DNA of 57,111 nucleotides, filler included, from Sluysia triapertura (GCA_046118255.1; 4 parts of 4 records of this genome joined end to end with filler, not necessarily neighbours in it), one strand, 5' to 3'; positions 11,130 to 24,056 are shown, counted from the first letter of the whole stretch. Numbers and translations are program-made. The notes: generated from the sequence alone by a model not told the origin.

Positions 11130-11575
11130 CTCCACTTCAGATAAAAAATAAATTTTTGCAAAAGTAATTATAAAATACCAACACATGGTCAATATGAATG
11201 AATAAATATATTGAATACATTATATCTATGAGGCTCCTTCGGTGAACTAAAAAGCGCAACCTAACTGATCTCTTTGGGGAAAATTTAGCGCTGTGAGAGA
11301 GAGTAAAAGATTCCACTCTAAGTCCTCGAAAAAAATGAAAAAAGTTTGCAACAATTATAAATTCATCACTGTACATTGACATTGTGGAGATAATAATGTC
11401 AGCATCACTATCATAGAATAATTTTTAGGCACGTTTTCAATTTGTGTTTCAAATTTTTCGGCGTCAAGCTGTATAACGGATCTGCCATTGGAACGTTCTA
11501 ATATTCGCGTAAGCTTTTTATTAAGCATATCTACATTTTTATTTCTGTATGTAAATGATAAAACACCAAAATCTC
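11130..11575 (-). pseudogene. OST3/OST6 family (TUSC3/MAGT1) N-terminal thioredoxin-like relic
   Basis: LERSNGRSVIQLDAEKFETQIENVPKNYSMIVMLTLLSPQCQCTV, DEFIIVAN and FCKNLFF resemble VIRMNGDKF..PRNYS.IVMFTAL..QC.VC..EEFQILAN..FCNKLFF. Frameshifted. Confidence 0.7.
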
Positions 11576-11589
11576 TATAAAATCAAGTG

Positions 11590-12140
11590 CTGCGAATGAT
11601 TTTGGAGACCGTTCTCTTAATGCATCAGCAATATTTGGTGTAACGCCACTAAACTGAATTAATTAAGAACGCCATAAATGAACAATACCTCCAAGTGAAT
11701 CAGTATCTGGAATAATGCGGTAACTGACTGTAACTAATGATAAATCATATCTCCTCCGGTTAAATTACTTGGATCACCAGCTGTAGTACGGAAATCAAAT
11801 AAACCCGATCTACCTAAAGCACGTTCATGTTTGAAATCTTCTTCGGCTATTAATTTGGTATGATATCGACATATCTGAGCAACTAATTTAATATCTTTAA
11901 CATGCCAAATAAAAATATTGTGGACTAAATTTAACTTCAATAAATGTCTTTCTATTTCTTTAAGCACTATCTTTGAATTAGTTTTTTTACCTGTTTAATT
12001 TCATATTTCAAATTAATAACAACTAATGTTAATTTTTATATTGTTTTACCTAACAATTTCAAATATCTGGTCAAATTCTTTAATTTCGGGGAAACGTTCG
12101 ATGTATTTCCATTCACTTGACAAAAAATTAACCAGCATTT
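11590..12140 (-). pseudogene. EME1: EME1-like (MUS81 partner) C-terminal relic
   Basis: EIERHLLKLNL..HTKLIAEEDFKHER and LWRS*LIQFSGVTPNIADAL..SPKS resemble the EME1 segments TKAVAEAPFK and VWRRQIQQ..VS..MASAV..PSP. GT-AG intron at 12049-11991. In-frame stop and frameshift. Confidence 0.65.
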
Positions 12141-12759
12141 CACCAGTCAGTACCATGACTATTTGAGGCTGAATTTCAAATTTTGATTCAATTTCATATT
12201 ATTTCATACTTTCAAGTTCATTATTATTTCATTAATTTTATCTTTAAATTAAGTTGACAACTTGAGTTATTATTATAAAAGCAATGTAACAATGATTTTA
12301 CATTTTAATTAGATGATATTAAGAAGATAATCCCACAAATCCCATTGTCTTTAGATAATTGGAATGATGATGAAATTTAACATAGACGGATATTGCTGTC
12401 GACATTTAATCGGCGAAATTAGTCGGCTTATTTCCGACTAACGGGAAAATCGACAACTTTAATTATCCGTCTTGTTCGATTTCTGATTTTTAATTTCACT
12501 AATTGCCATAAAACTGCTATATATTTCTGAAATTAAAACAAAGTAAAAACGACGATCGGACAGAGTGAAGATAAATCAAATTAAGCAAACTTTTTAACTG
12601 TATGGAAGCTGGTTTATTTCATCCGTGGATAACGATGAAACTAAAGTCATTTCTTTAGCAATTTACTAAATAAACTATTTTCTTTTTAGGTCAAGGGTTA
12701 GTAATATATTTCTTACTGTTTATATTTTGCATTAATACAGTCGCTAAAATTTAAATAAA

Positions 12760-12972
12760 TTGTGTCATTCCTGGTTGTAATTTGTCTTTAAAGAATAATT
12801 TACATTATTAAAAAGAGTAATTTGTATTGTCATTGTTATAAAGAATAATTTATATATATATTCTGGTTGTAATCTTGTGATAATTAACGAATATATCGAG
12901 ATTTTGAATTTATTTAGTTATTGAGTTTTAATTTGATAATTTGGAAAAATAAAGGTATTAAAAGACACAACA
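12760..12972. repeat. Solo-LTR-like element
   Basis: Inverted ends TTGTGTC and GACACAA(CA), an AATAAA near the 3' end, and homology to 1-134. Confidence 0.55.
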
Positions 12973-13585
12973 TAATCTAACATAAAATACACGAAAACAT
13001 GTTACAAATTTATTGTTATAATAAATTAAACATTTGCATACATTAGATCATTTTAGATCTGATATAAATTGCAAGTCTAATCTCGCTATAAAGCGGATTT
13101 GAATCATAACCATTTGAATATTCGCTTTAATTACCTCCAAAAAGCTTGCAATATTCTCTTACGCTGACATCTCTGAGTTGGCCCTTACATATCGTTAAAG
13201 CCTAAGCAAAGTAAAATTCTCACATTATCATTATACATTTAATTTCCTCTGGTAGACTTAATACTTAAAAACACTTAGCAATGCAATCAAGAAATAATAC
13301 TACTTATACTTTACTTTAATCTTTTTTAGTCATACTTTTCCCATAATTTCATAAAATTTTATTGGCCAAAAATGAACTTATTCTTTTATTTTCAATCCAT
13401 TAAAATATTTGATAAATTAATATTAAATGTATTTTAAGATAGTTTAAAATGTATGTAACCTTTACGCAAATTATATAATTATTTTCTTGAAATGTTTCAT
13501 ATTTAATTAATTTATTAATTTTTTTATCAATGTTTTAATTACTTAGTACACTTTAACAATTATTTAATTGTTGATATATTTTAAA

Positions 13586-14103
13586 ATGTATTTGCTTAAT
13601 TTTTTTAGAAATTTTCATACGACTTCTTCAATTTTATATAAAACTAAAATATCATATTTAGATAGGTATTTATGGTATTATACATATAAGAAACATAAGG
13701 TAAAAGCGAGACATCCATTTATCCCAAGGTAATAAATTTTTAATTAATGAAATATAGGGAACATGCAACAGGATTAAATATGAATTGTGGATCAAAAACT
13801 TTTTTTATAGAAATACCTGAAATGATACCAGAATTTATTGTTCCGAAGGAATTAGAAAAGTTTGCTTTAAAGCCTTACGTTGAATGGAATGCCAGCGTTA
13901 TTGAAAATAAACCACTTACAAGTCAAGAACTGTTTGCTCGTACTTATCAAAAATATTGCAAAAAGTTTAGTCATAAGGAAATGGCAAATTTCATTTCTAA
14001 CTATTCAGACAAACCACTGGAAGATAATAAAATTGATAAACCTAAGAAGACTATAATAAAGCAATTGTCAAAGAAAGCGAAAAAAGCTTTCACGTCACTC
14101 TAG
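13586..14103 (+). CDS. MRPL41: Mitochondrial large ribosomal subunit protein mL41 (exons 13586-13728, 13758-14103)
   Basis: Presequence-like N-terminus MYLLNFFRNFHTTSS. A 29-nt GT-AG intron restores the frame. FIEIPEMIPEFIVP..FALKPYV..PLTSQELF matches mL41 (FVQIKEMVPEFVVP..FKLKPYV..PLTAAQLF). Confidence 0.88.
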
Positions 14104-16469
14104 AAATTAATTCGAATACTTACATATTTTAAAGCAAGTTGTGCTTAATTTTAAATAAAATTTAAAATGTTCACAAAGCATTTGTTTTTCATACAATTAT
14201 AGCTATTTTAGTGAAATTGTGAAGGAAGTATGTGAAGAAAAATAAAATTTTCTGTTGTATATAAACGATATTTTATCAGGTATGTCAAAATACTTAATGC
14301 TAAAAGGTTTGATTGTATATTAGTATAAATTAAATTTTGTACATTTATGTTTTCAAAGGTATTAATTTATTCTAAATTATTTTTGTGATAAGCTTGTTTC
14401 TTAATGCTTAATAATAATCATAAATTTTAATAAAATAACCTAGAAATCATAAGTAAAATATTAATGAAAAATAAGTGTTGTAATATTTCTCTTAATCATA
14501 ATAAATCTACAACTGGTATTAGAAGTAAGATTTGAGATTTAATAATGCAGGAAACAGTGTTACAAATTGATGGATAAGACAATAAAACAGTAAATTGATA
14601 AAACACCTGTAGTCTTTAAGAACTAGAAAATAATTTGGGATTCCGAAGATCCTGGAGGAAATTTGAGATTGGTGTGGTGGGCTAAAACATAACTCAAATT
14701 ATCATATAAAAACATAGTAAAGTAATTTTACACTACACTATTTAACCAAAACATTAAACAAAAATACTATATTTGGAAGTTTCATAATTTCATGTTGATG
14801 TTTTAAATATTTAAATTTAAGTTTTATTAAAAAACTTTCTCTTTATTGACGTAACTTAATTTATAAGTTACTTCCATTATCTTAGTTAAATATCTTTGTG
14901 TAAAATTTATGAGATAAATGTTTCAAATACATTCTGTACATGCAGATGTAACATTTTGTCTTAGGCTAAAAACTTAAAATTAATTCAAAGCGTTCAGAGA
15001 CTGGTAGATATGCCATCGCGTAAGAAAATTATGAAGTAATTGAATTGAACAAATTGAATGAATTGCAGCAAATAAGAAAGTGAGTAAATTGATCGTGTTA
15101 AAATGCTACTGAATCAGTAAATTGTGACATTAGCGTATTTGTTTTCATTACTGAAAGGTCCAAGCAGTAACGAGTAATTTGGTATTTTTGTTCAGGTTGA
15201 AGCTGTTTATGTTTTTTGTATAATAACAAAGAAGCAAATGAAGTAGTGAAATCATTTTGGTCTCGACAAATTAATATCTTAAAAAATAAAATGACAGAAA
15301 TTGATCACCAAACACAACATCAATACGACAGCGGTATAAAATCGATTTAAAATTCGATATTGGTTGTTAAATGAACAATTTATTAATGTATTAATCAATT
15401 ATTATGATGAGAAATGTTGGAAAGAATGGTTTGTTGTTAATATGCTGAATTACCCAGATAGAAAGATTATACTTCTAGTCATGCACAGGACTTACAGATT
15501 TGGGCCATATGGAAGAAACGTAATAATAGATAAAGATTGTGAAGAATATAACGCCGAAGTTCATTGTAATGAAATCACATCAAAATTACAAGCACACAGT
15601 ATCACATGCAAACATTTCCTACATACACAGAACGCTAAGTAAACTACTTGAATTATTCAAAAACAGTCATTGTACATAATTATCATGAATTATAGTTATT
15701 ATAAATCCATTTGTAATAATAATTATAATAATATCACAATATCATTAACGTCATCATATTAAATCATAAATAATTATATTATTGTTATCGTTATGATTTA
15801 TGTGTTCCTGTAATTATACTCAAGAAAATGCAACTTTAATAACAAATTCCTAATAATCTTATTTCAATGTACATTGTAAATAACATCAATTAAAAGCGTA
15901 ATTTTTATTAGTAACTGGTAGCCAATCTTTAATTTAAGATTCAAATTAATTTTTTCCGCAATATCAGATGTTTTAACATTGTACATTTTTTATACCTACC
16001 CAGATCTATTAGAACCTTTTCATACTTTAAAACATTTAAATTCACAATCTTTCAACATCCAAACTATATTTACATTCAAAACCATCAATAGTCATCTATA
16101 TATTCATTTAACACATTTTATTCATTGTCTCATAAACACAATTATATCTTAAATCATCATATATCTACTTCAAAATTAACCCAAAACATTTCAAGTTCAC
16201 AATCTTTTATATAATCGAAAAACATTAAACTCATACTTATTAATTTTTTTCAAACCAACAAAAGCAAGAATAGAATTTAAAATCATAAAAATAATTTGCA
16301 AATGCTTACTTACAGAAGTTGTAAATATAATAATTTAAATAATTTTAAAAATTGGAAACAAAGTTGAATATTTGATTGAGACATGATGATCTACATAGAA
16401 TCCACAGTGATAATAAGTTACCAGAGAGTGTCAAATTACTGGAAGATTGTGAAATAATATAGTGTAGAT

Positions 16470-16721
16470 CAGGGGTCTTCAACCTGGGTTCCGCGGAACC
16501 CTAGGGTTCCCTGGAACGTTGACAGGGGTTCCGCAACTGATTAAGNNNNNNNNNNNNNNNNNNNNNNNNNNNNNNNNNNNNNNNNNNNNTTAATTAATTA
16601 ANNNNNNNNNNNNNNNNNNNNNNNNNNNNNNNNNNNNNNNNNNNNCTTAATCAGTTGCGGAACCCCTGTCAACGTTCCAGGGAACCCTAGGGTTCCGCGG
16701 AACCCAGGTTGAAGACCCCTG
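16470..16721. mobile_element. hAT-type element termini (76 bp, inverted) flanking an assembly gap
   Basis: CAGGGGTCTTCAACCTGGGTTCCGCGG... at 16470-16545 and its exact reverse complement at 16646-16721. The flanking 8-mers (gtgtagat, agttaaat) are not a target-site duplication. Confidence 0.7.
16546..16645. other. Assembly gap spacer N44-TTAATTAATTAA-N44
   Basis: Artificial six-frame-stop linker, identical at three gaps. Confidence 0.97.
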
Positions 16722-16899
16722 AGTTAAATTATTACTTTCATCAACAATTCTAAATCTAAACACGTCTTTTGGTAAATAAATTGGTTGGTCTGTTTAATAA
16801 CCGATGTGGACAGTTTTGATAATATCATTGAATTAAATCTTTATTTATGTATATTTTTTTATTTATTTTTGACATATTAAATGAATAACATTTTTTCAG

Positions 16900-17403
16900 T
16901 AATACGTACTTTGAGTTTTTCTCTGACAAACTAAAAGTTTGCTTTCGGTTCCATCTATAATCTACGATTTAGGATTCTCTGGAACGACGTAGTTATGAGA
17001 TTTTAATATTCAACTTGCGATGAACTTGTGGAATCCATTTCTTTGTTACCAATCTTTTTAACACGTTGAATGCCACCCTCATTTTACATGGCTTGCCCAT
17101 GTAGCCAAAATGAATTTCTCAGTATGTGTTTCTAATAATCTTGGCTTCGCTGGTCACCAGTGATCTCCACCTTGAACCAATGAATCAGCGTCGTTTCTAC
17201 TCTGCTGATTGATTTTCAAGTCACTCTACACACAGTTTATTTTATTTAATAATAGCATATTATTCTTTTTGAAAATCTGTATATTCTCTAATGTTCCTAT
17301 GTTACTATTTTTAGATGTTATTGTTATTAAGGTTATTGTACACAAAAGATAATAAACTATAAAATGTACACAAAATATTTTACAATGTAACGCTAATATT
17401 ACA
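16900..17403 (-). mobile_element. LTR plus primer-binding-site relic of an LTR retrotransposon
   Basis: On the minus strand there is a TGTAAT start near 17403, then AATAAA, then ...GATCAC followed by TGGTGACCAGCG near 17159, which looks like a primer-binding site. Confidence 0.4.
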
Positions 17404-17529
17404 ATACGAATATTTAATAATTAATAATAATAATAATATTATTATTATTATAAACTGTTCAGTACAATAGTAAAAATAAGATTTAGTTCCATTAACTACA
17501 ATATCATAAAACTTTTCGGCACTGTCAGA

Positions 17530-18087
17530 GAATTCATCGATGAAAATAAATGGAGATGATGTTTGATTTTGAAATTTGGGCCAGGAATGATTCTGGGCTT
17601 TCCTTCAGTTTAGGATTATTGACAGCAATGTCGAATCGTTTAACCAAGGTGGTTGCAAATTGAAAAGTCGACCGATACGTATCTGATTAAGCTGGGCTTA
17701 GTAGATTGTGAAGATTTGAATACAAGTGACGGTGATTATTATAATTAGTATTAAAATTCTTACTTATAGGTCTATTTTTGTTAGCAAAATACTTTACATT
17801 AATATTCTCATGATAAACAGAGTTTTCAATAAAATCTTGGAGATTCTCCATTAATGTAATTTTAAATTCGTTCAGTATTTCGTACTCACCAATTACCTCG
17901 TCTTCTTCATTATGATTAAAATTAAATTTCATAGGTGCTGTTAAAATTTTAAATATAAGAAAATCACAATTAACATTTTGCTGTTGTTTTTCTAACACTT
18001 AACCTGAGGCAAAATATTTTTTAGCAGGGTTCGGTTACAGTAAGCGTCTTACAATGTATCGTTGGCACTCCTGTAACTAATAAGCTA
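17530..18087 (-). pseudogene. Decayed gene fragment, weakly RBM48-like
   Basis: LLVTGVPTIHCKTL follows a ttag acceptor, and GEYEILNEF..MENLQ loosely resembles the RBM48 RRM (YLLIQGVPA..EQYNALDEY..FMNLQ). Contains stops. Confidence 0.25.
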
Positions 18088-19100
18088 AAGATCACTTAAA
18101 AATAATGTCTCTATTAAATAAATTAACTTAGCAGGGTCTTACAACTACTAATCAAATTAATTTTCAAACTCAATGATTTACTAATTAATTAACACAAAAA
18201 TCAAATGAGTTTATTAGAAAAATATACAGAAAACGTTGATAAGCTTAAAGATAACAAGTTATAAAGATAAAACAAAATAAATATTATTAGATATTAAAGC
18301 TCCGAGAGCGTTTAATCTAATTCTAATAAAAATTTAAGTTGAATTTACCACTCAGTATATCGGGGAATTACAAAACTTTATAAATTAATATGTAACTTCG
18401 AAAGTTAAAATCCAACCTAACAAATATATAAGTTACCAAATTCCTCAATCGATTTCCAAATTCCCAAATTGTCACAATTATCTCGAAGACATTAATATCC
18501 ATAAGAATAAATTATTGCAAATGGCGACTGATGAATATAACAACTAATAAATATGGCGACTATTAACTATGGCGATTTTCATCATCCAATGAAAATCGAT
18601 GAAATGTTCTAAAATATTCTAGAAGCTTCTAATCTATTGTTAGAAGCTTATTTTCTATTTTCGAAATTTTATTTTCTTTTTTGGAAAATAAATTTCTTTT
18701 TTGGAAAATAATTGTTTCATTATTAATTTTACAAATTATAATTGATTTTAAGATATTTTATATGTTTTTAATTAATTTTTTCATAATTCTAAATATTTTA
18801 AATTAATTTTAAGCTGCTATTTTATCATTTTTAATTCATTTTAGAGGGTTGTGATGACAACCTAACATAAGTTTAAAAAAATTTATGTATTTATGAAATA
18901 TATAAATAAATTACTTACCTTAATTTTCTACGGCAAGTAGCAGATTTGTAATGTTTATTTGTTTAATTAGCTTGTTAGCACGCAGTACGAACACGAAGTG
19001 TATCATCTGAGAGACAAGTACAATGTAACTGGGTAGCAAAAGCAATGTTAGTCGTGGTAGCCCGTTGGATTCATAAATATAAAATTTAACTTAATTCTAA

Positions 19101-19192
19101 AAGTCGGGACTTTTGAAAAACGTCGCGGGACGCGGAACAAATTGTGAAAAATCGGGACTATCCCTCCAAAAGCGGGACGTCATGCCACCTTA
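19101..19192 (+). mobile_element. hAT-Blackjack-like right terminus
   Basis: Repeated CGGGAC subterminal motifs end in GGGACGTCATGCCACCTTA, similar to the ...GGTCACCCTA Blackjack terminus. Confidence 0.65.
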
Positions 19193-19587
19193 ATTTAAAA
19201 TTATTACTCTTGTAAGTTTTACATAACAATCTATTTGAAAGAAACTATTAAAAATTAATTAATAAAATATTAATGTGCTTATTTATAGAACATGTCAATA
19301 ATAATTATATTTAATTATAGCAAACAATTTAAGTACGTAAATTACAATTGTTTAAAGAAATCAGTTTAGTTAAATGATCCATTTTTAATTACATAAATAT
19401 GTAAATAAAACTTAAAATCTATTTTTAGTACTAATAATTTGTTTTAAAAAAAAATTTTGTGGTTTACGATAAATAAAATCTTAAAGTATTTTTACAACTT
19501 TTTTTATATAAGCATACTTATTTTTTAAAAATTACTTATCACATTTTATAAAAATTTTAATTTTTTAATTTCAATTGAAACTATTTC

Positions 19588-22465
19588 ATGTATAATGGTA
19601 TCGGATTAACTACTCCACGTGGAAGTGGAACAAACGGATATGTCCAAAGAAATTTGGCATTAGTTCAAAATAAAAAAGATGATTTTAAAGCTCCTGAATT
19701 AAAACCACCACCAATAAATAGAAAACCAAATAAAGAAATTTTAGAACATGAAAGAAAGCGTAAAGTTGAAGTAAAGTGCATGGAATTACAAGAAAAAATG
19801 GAAGAACAAGGGTAATGTACTTTATTTTTAGTTTATGTTTTCAGGTTTAATGAAATGGAAATTGAAGAAAAAGTTAATCAATATCGAGACACTTTAATGA
19901 TAAAATTTAATGAAGATGCAATTAATGATATGGAAAAGGAACTAGAAAAAGATATTGGAGGTAGAACGAAAGGTAAGGATACTCACGAAAAAGCTATGGC
20001 AGGAAAAATTAAGGATGAAAAATTTCGAAAGGCTCTGAATATTGGAAGTGATGAAGAAAAGTAATTATTCACAATTTAACCTGATAATTTATGGTAATAT
20101 TTTTTGATATTTTTGATTTTTTATGAAAGTTTTCGCATTTATATTTGTAAATTTAAAAATGCAATTATTTTAATGTGTTTTAGTAAGAATTTATAAGTGG
20201 TTTGTCAAAAATTGGTTGAACTACAATGACAGAGTAATCTTAAGTTTGGTGCATTTACAAAATTGAAATCTTTAGGTTCGAAATTTTTATTTTATATTCA
20301 TCGTTTTTTTACCATTTGGTAATAGTTCTTAAGTAAATTGTAGAAATTTGCACTATAAAAGGTTTTTATAATTGATAAAATTGAAATAAAAAAGGCCGCA
20401 TTATACTTATGTTTTCATTACTTAACCCAACGACTAAATTATAATAAATCAAAAATGTCAAAGTATTTTTTAAAGTAAATCTATTTAAATATTTTTTTAA
20501 TTTAGGGATCCGAATGAAGTATTTAATTTTCAGTCGAAAAATATGCCTCTGAAACAGAAACTAGCAAGTGAAATGGATGAAATCAATGATTCAGAGAGTG
20601 ATAAAAATGATGAAGATTCTAAGAAGCATAAGAAAAAGAATAAGAAGAACAAGAAAAAAAAATCAAAGAAGCATAAACACAAGATTAATGAATCAGAAAG
20701 TGAAAATTCAAATGATGAAAATAAACTTAATAAAAAGAAGCGAAAGCACAAAAAGAATAAGAAATCTAAAAAGAAAAGAAAAGGTAATAATGGTTCTGAT
20801 AGTTCAGTAGAATCTGGCCAAATAAGTGAGCATGAAGTTGAAAAAACAAATATGGTTTTATTAAAGGATCGGACTGAGAGTCAAGAAGAACCAAAATATG
20901 AAATAAATAAAGGTGGTTTAAATCCTGAAATAAGCGAAAAATGTAATAAAAATAAAGAAATAAGAAAAATACTTGCTGATGAAAGACGTAAACGTAAATC
21001 TAGTTTTGATAAATCACAAGATGAAAAAAAGTCACGTCGTGATGAAATTTCAGAATATGCTAAGTGGCATGATGTTGATAGTATGTCTGATAAGGAACGT
21101 AAATATTTAGATAATCGCCAAAGCGATGATCGAAAAAGAGATATGGGTCAAGATTATTTAAAATATGGTAATGACCGATTCAGTAAATCTGAAAATTGTA
21201 GAAAAAATTCTGTTGATAAAATTGAAAAGAATAGAGATGTTGGCAGATATAATGATATGAATGATAAAAACAGAAATGATCGTAAGTATCAAAATGATAA
21301 TTCAGAACGACGCTTAGATCATGAAAGAAATCGCTTCGATTCAAATTCGAAGAGTAATCGTGAATTGGAAAATAGAAAATATGACAAAATAGAAAAGTTT
21401 AATCAGGAAGATAAGTCTTTTAAGAGAGATGATAATAATTTTAATAGAGTCTATCTTGAATCTCCACGAAAGAGAGATAATGATAAAAGTTCTAAACGAG
21501 AACGCCATGAATCACCTTATCAGTCGTTCAGTAAAGTGAAAGAATCTGATAAAGATAAACAACCATGCAAAAGATTAAGACGCGATTCACCCAGACCAAA
21601 TTATGATCGAAGTAGAATTGAAAATCGTGAATTAGAAAGTAAAAGATATAAACAAGATTCACCAAAAGAATTTTTGAGGAAACGAGATAATTCAGACGTG
21701 GAAACTCGGAGATATAAGTTGGATAATCAAGAAAAGAAACCTAGAAGAGAATCACCTAGTAAAATTTATGATAAAAGATATTCGAACAAAGATTTAGAAT
21801 CACGTAAAGAAAAAAGAGATAGCAGAGATTTTGATGATAGAAGAAGCAAGCGGGAATCACCTAGTAAAATATATGATCGAAGAAGGGAATTTAATTCAGA
21901 TTCTGAAAATCAACCGAAGAAATTAGTAAAAAGCAATGAAAGAATTAGAAAAGATTCACCTTTTAGAGAAAGCAAACATGTGACAGTAGAAGCGAGAGGT
22001 TCAAAGTGTGATTTAAAATGGGGCTTTGATAAGGATAACGCAAAAGAAAATCGAAAAAACTTTGAAAATGTATCAAAGAAAGACGATAGTTCTAAAGTAG
22101 GGCAACTTAGAAATAAAATGAGTTTTGATACAGATAAGAATAGCAAGTCTAAGCAAGACGCCAGAAAGATTGACGATGAAAATTATGATGAAAAATCGAA
22201 ATCTGAATACTTATCTATTCCGAAAGCATATGAAAAGACTAAGTTCAATACTAATACTTCTAATGAGTTGAATAAAATCGAAAACAAAACGAAATGTGTT
22301 AAATCAAAGGATGATAAACAACTGAGTAATGTTAGAAAAGATATATCCAAAAGTAGTCGAAGTAGCAGTGGTAGTAACAGTAGTAGCAGCTCTAGTAATG
22401 CTACTAGTGATTCTCAGAATAGCAAGAGCAGTGAAACGTCAGATTCAGAATCTAGCTCTGATTAA
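19588..22465 (+). CDS. SRRM2: CWC21/SRRM2-family splicing factor, about 799 aa (exons 19588-19811, 19845-20060, 20506-22465)
   Basis: Invariant N-terminus [22 protein letters not shown] and cwf21 domain [25 protein letters not shown]. Introns of 33 and 445 nt with compatible phases. K-rich and RE/RD-SP low-complexity tail. Confidence 0.93.
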
Positions 22466-22987
22466 GTGATCAATTTGATGTGACTTAAATTATTTAACAT
22501 GTGTAATTAATATATTTGTAAATTAATCTTTGTTTAAATATATTGAGTTAAACTGAAATTTACTCTACAATTAGAATATTTAGTTATACTATTGTATTTT
22601 GTAATATACTTATTGATGCGACTTTGTTTTCAGATTTTGTCGTTTGAAATCATGTTAAAAATTAAATATTAATTTTTTAATATTCAAACTCAACGTTATA
22701 AAAATTTTCTCTTGATAATTCGGTTAATGGAAATATCTCAATTGAATTTTATCGGTAGATTGAATATTTTAAGATAGACCAACTGATATTGTGCAATTGT
22801 TATCAATTTCAAATAACGCTAAAAGATTTGAACGTATTCTGGGAGAGAAATATTTAGTAAATTTTATGCACGCTTTAATGCTTTCGAAGCTTAAATATAC
22901 GCTGAATTCTGGAAGAATACTTAAAATTTTAATAAATTAATCTTCAGAATGTTCTGTCATATGCAAACATTTTTATTGAATATATAA

Positions 22988-23190
22988 TTAAACAAATACA
23001 ACTTTGTAAAGGGTTATTTCTTATTTCTCATTCTTTTGTTTTAATTCAAGTACTTATTTTACCATTACAGTTCAGAATACTTTAATAATTCTTCAATAAC
23101 ATTCATCTGCCCCTTATTTCGACCTATATCCGTCACTAATCCCAACAGAAATATGAAAAAATAACCCTTTACAAAGTTTTATTTGTTTAA
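22988..23190. mobile_element. MITE-like element with about 40-bp imperfect terminal inverted repeats
   Basis: ttaaacaaatacaactttgtaaagggttattt at the left end pairs with aaataaccctttacaaagttttatttgtttaa at the right end. Confidence 0.6.
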
Positions 23191-23240
23191 ATACTACAAT
23201 GAATTTGTTAATTAAATTTTGATAATTAAAATTTGATTAA

Positions 23241-23434
23241 CCCTTTCAATACTGCGGAGATATATAAGTCCCAGAGAATATATATTTATCTCATAATTAA
23301 ACTACTCTAGGGACATATGTGTCCCAAGGCATTTTTTCAAAAACCATATTTTCTAAAAATCTTTACTTATTTACAGCACATTTAGTTCAATTATACAGAA
23401 ATGTCTTCACTGGCCAAAAGTCATTTTGAAAGGG
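23241..23434. mobile_element. piggyBac-type MITE (194 bp)
   Basis: TTAA on both sides (23237-23240 and 23435-23438), terminal inverted repeats CCCTTTCAA/TTGAAAGGG, and an internal palindrome GGGACATATGTGTCCC. Confidence 0.8.
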
Positions 23435-24056
23435 TTAATTTGATAACTCAATAAAGTGTTTGCTCATTATATAATGATATTGGATTTAAAGTCCAGATTA
23501 TTCGGGCTTATTACGGTGAGGGTCGGCACGGATAATCCGCAAAATAATAATAAAAATACTAGTATAACATAAAAACAATAAAAATGCATTCAATTCTTTT
23601 ATAAAAAATCGGTAAATTTGGTTTAGTTAAGTGAATTTCTCAATATTTTTCTTAAACATATTACATCGTTATAGTCGAAGCTCCATTGATCGACGTATTG
23701 TGGTTCGGCTGACGACTACGTTCACATCACTTAAATCATATAACCATAACACACAAACCTTATCACAAAAATACATTGTAATATGTCTTGTCTATATCAT
23801 TCATAGCATTACATTATTTATCGTTCTTTCAATATTATAAAATCACAGACGCCTAATAAGATTCGTTTTATTAACGTTTTAAAACTGAACATCAAATATA
23901 ATGCATTCTGTCGTCCATCGTCATTATAATTCAACACCTTTTCTTCTGCCTCAATCTTCCATTTTTATGTTTTTGTTTAATATTACTAGTAGCAACTAAT
24001 TCAAGTTGTGTTTGTTCATTGTTTGATTTCATTTGTATTATACAATTAATTCAATC

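Noticed and set aside
11260-11270. AACCTAAC as a telomerase-RNA template for TTAGG
   Set aside because: The same 8-mer recurs in TE-like DNA (about 18414 and 18859), and nothing else supports a telomerase RNA.
13050-13345. Possible small spliced gene on the minus strand, head-to-head with MRPL41
   Set aside because: Splice-like signals exist, but I could not build a consistent open frame or recognise a product.
15364-15642. 92-aa ORF
   Set aside because: No recognisable motif and surrounded by stop-rich coding-like debris; left uncalled.
16590-16601. TTAATTAATTAA motif recurring three times
   Set aside because: It is an artificial linker inside N-gaps, not biological sequence.
16470-16721. 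Perfect 76-bp inverted repeat as one intact MITE or palindrome
   Set aside because: Both arms stop at the same base at a scaffold gap and there is no 8-bp target-site duplication. Most likely two contigs end in the same collapsed repeat.
20530-22146. Antisense and alternate-frame ORFs (20530-20751, 20568-20810, 21910-22146)
   Set aside because: They are shadows of the low-complexity CWC21/SRRM2 exon.
23630-23965. Minus-strand VVVSRTTIRRSM, similar to a Tc1/IS630 helix-turn-helix
   Set aside because: A single short motif with many stops is insufficient support.
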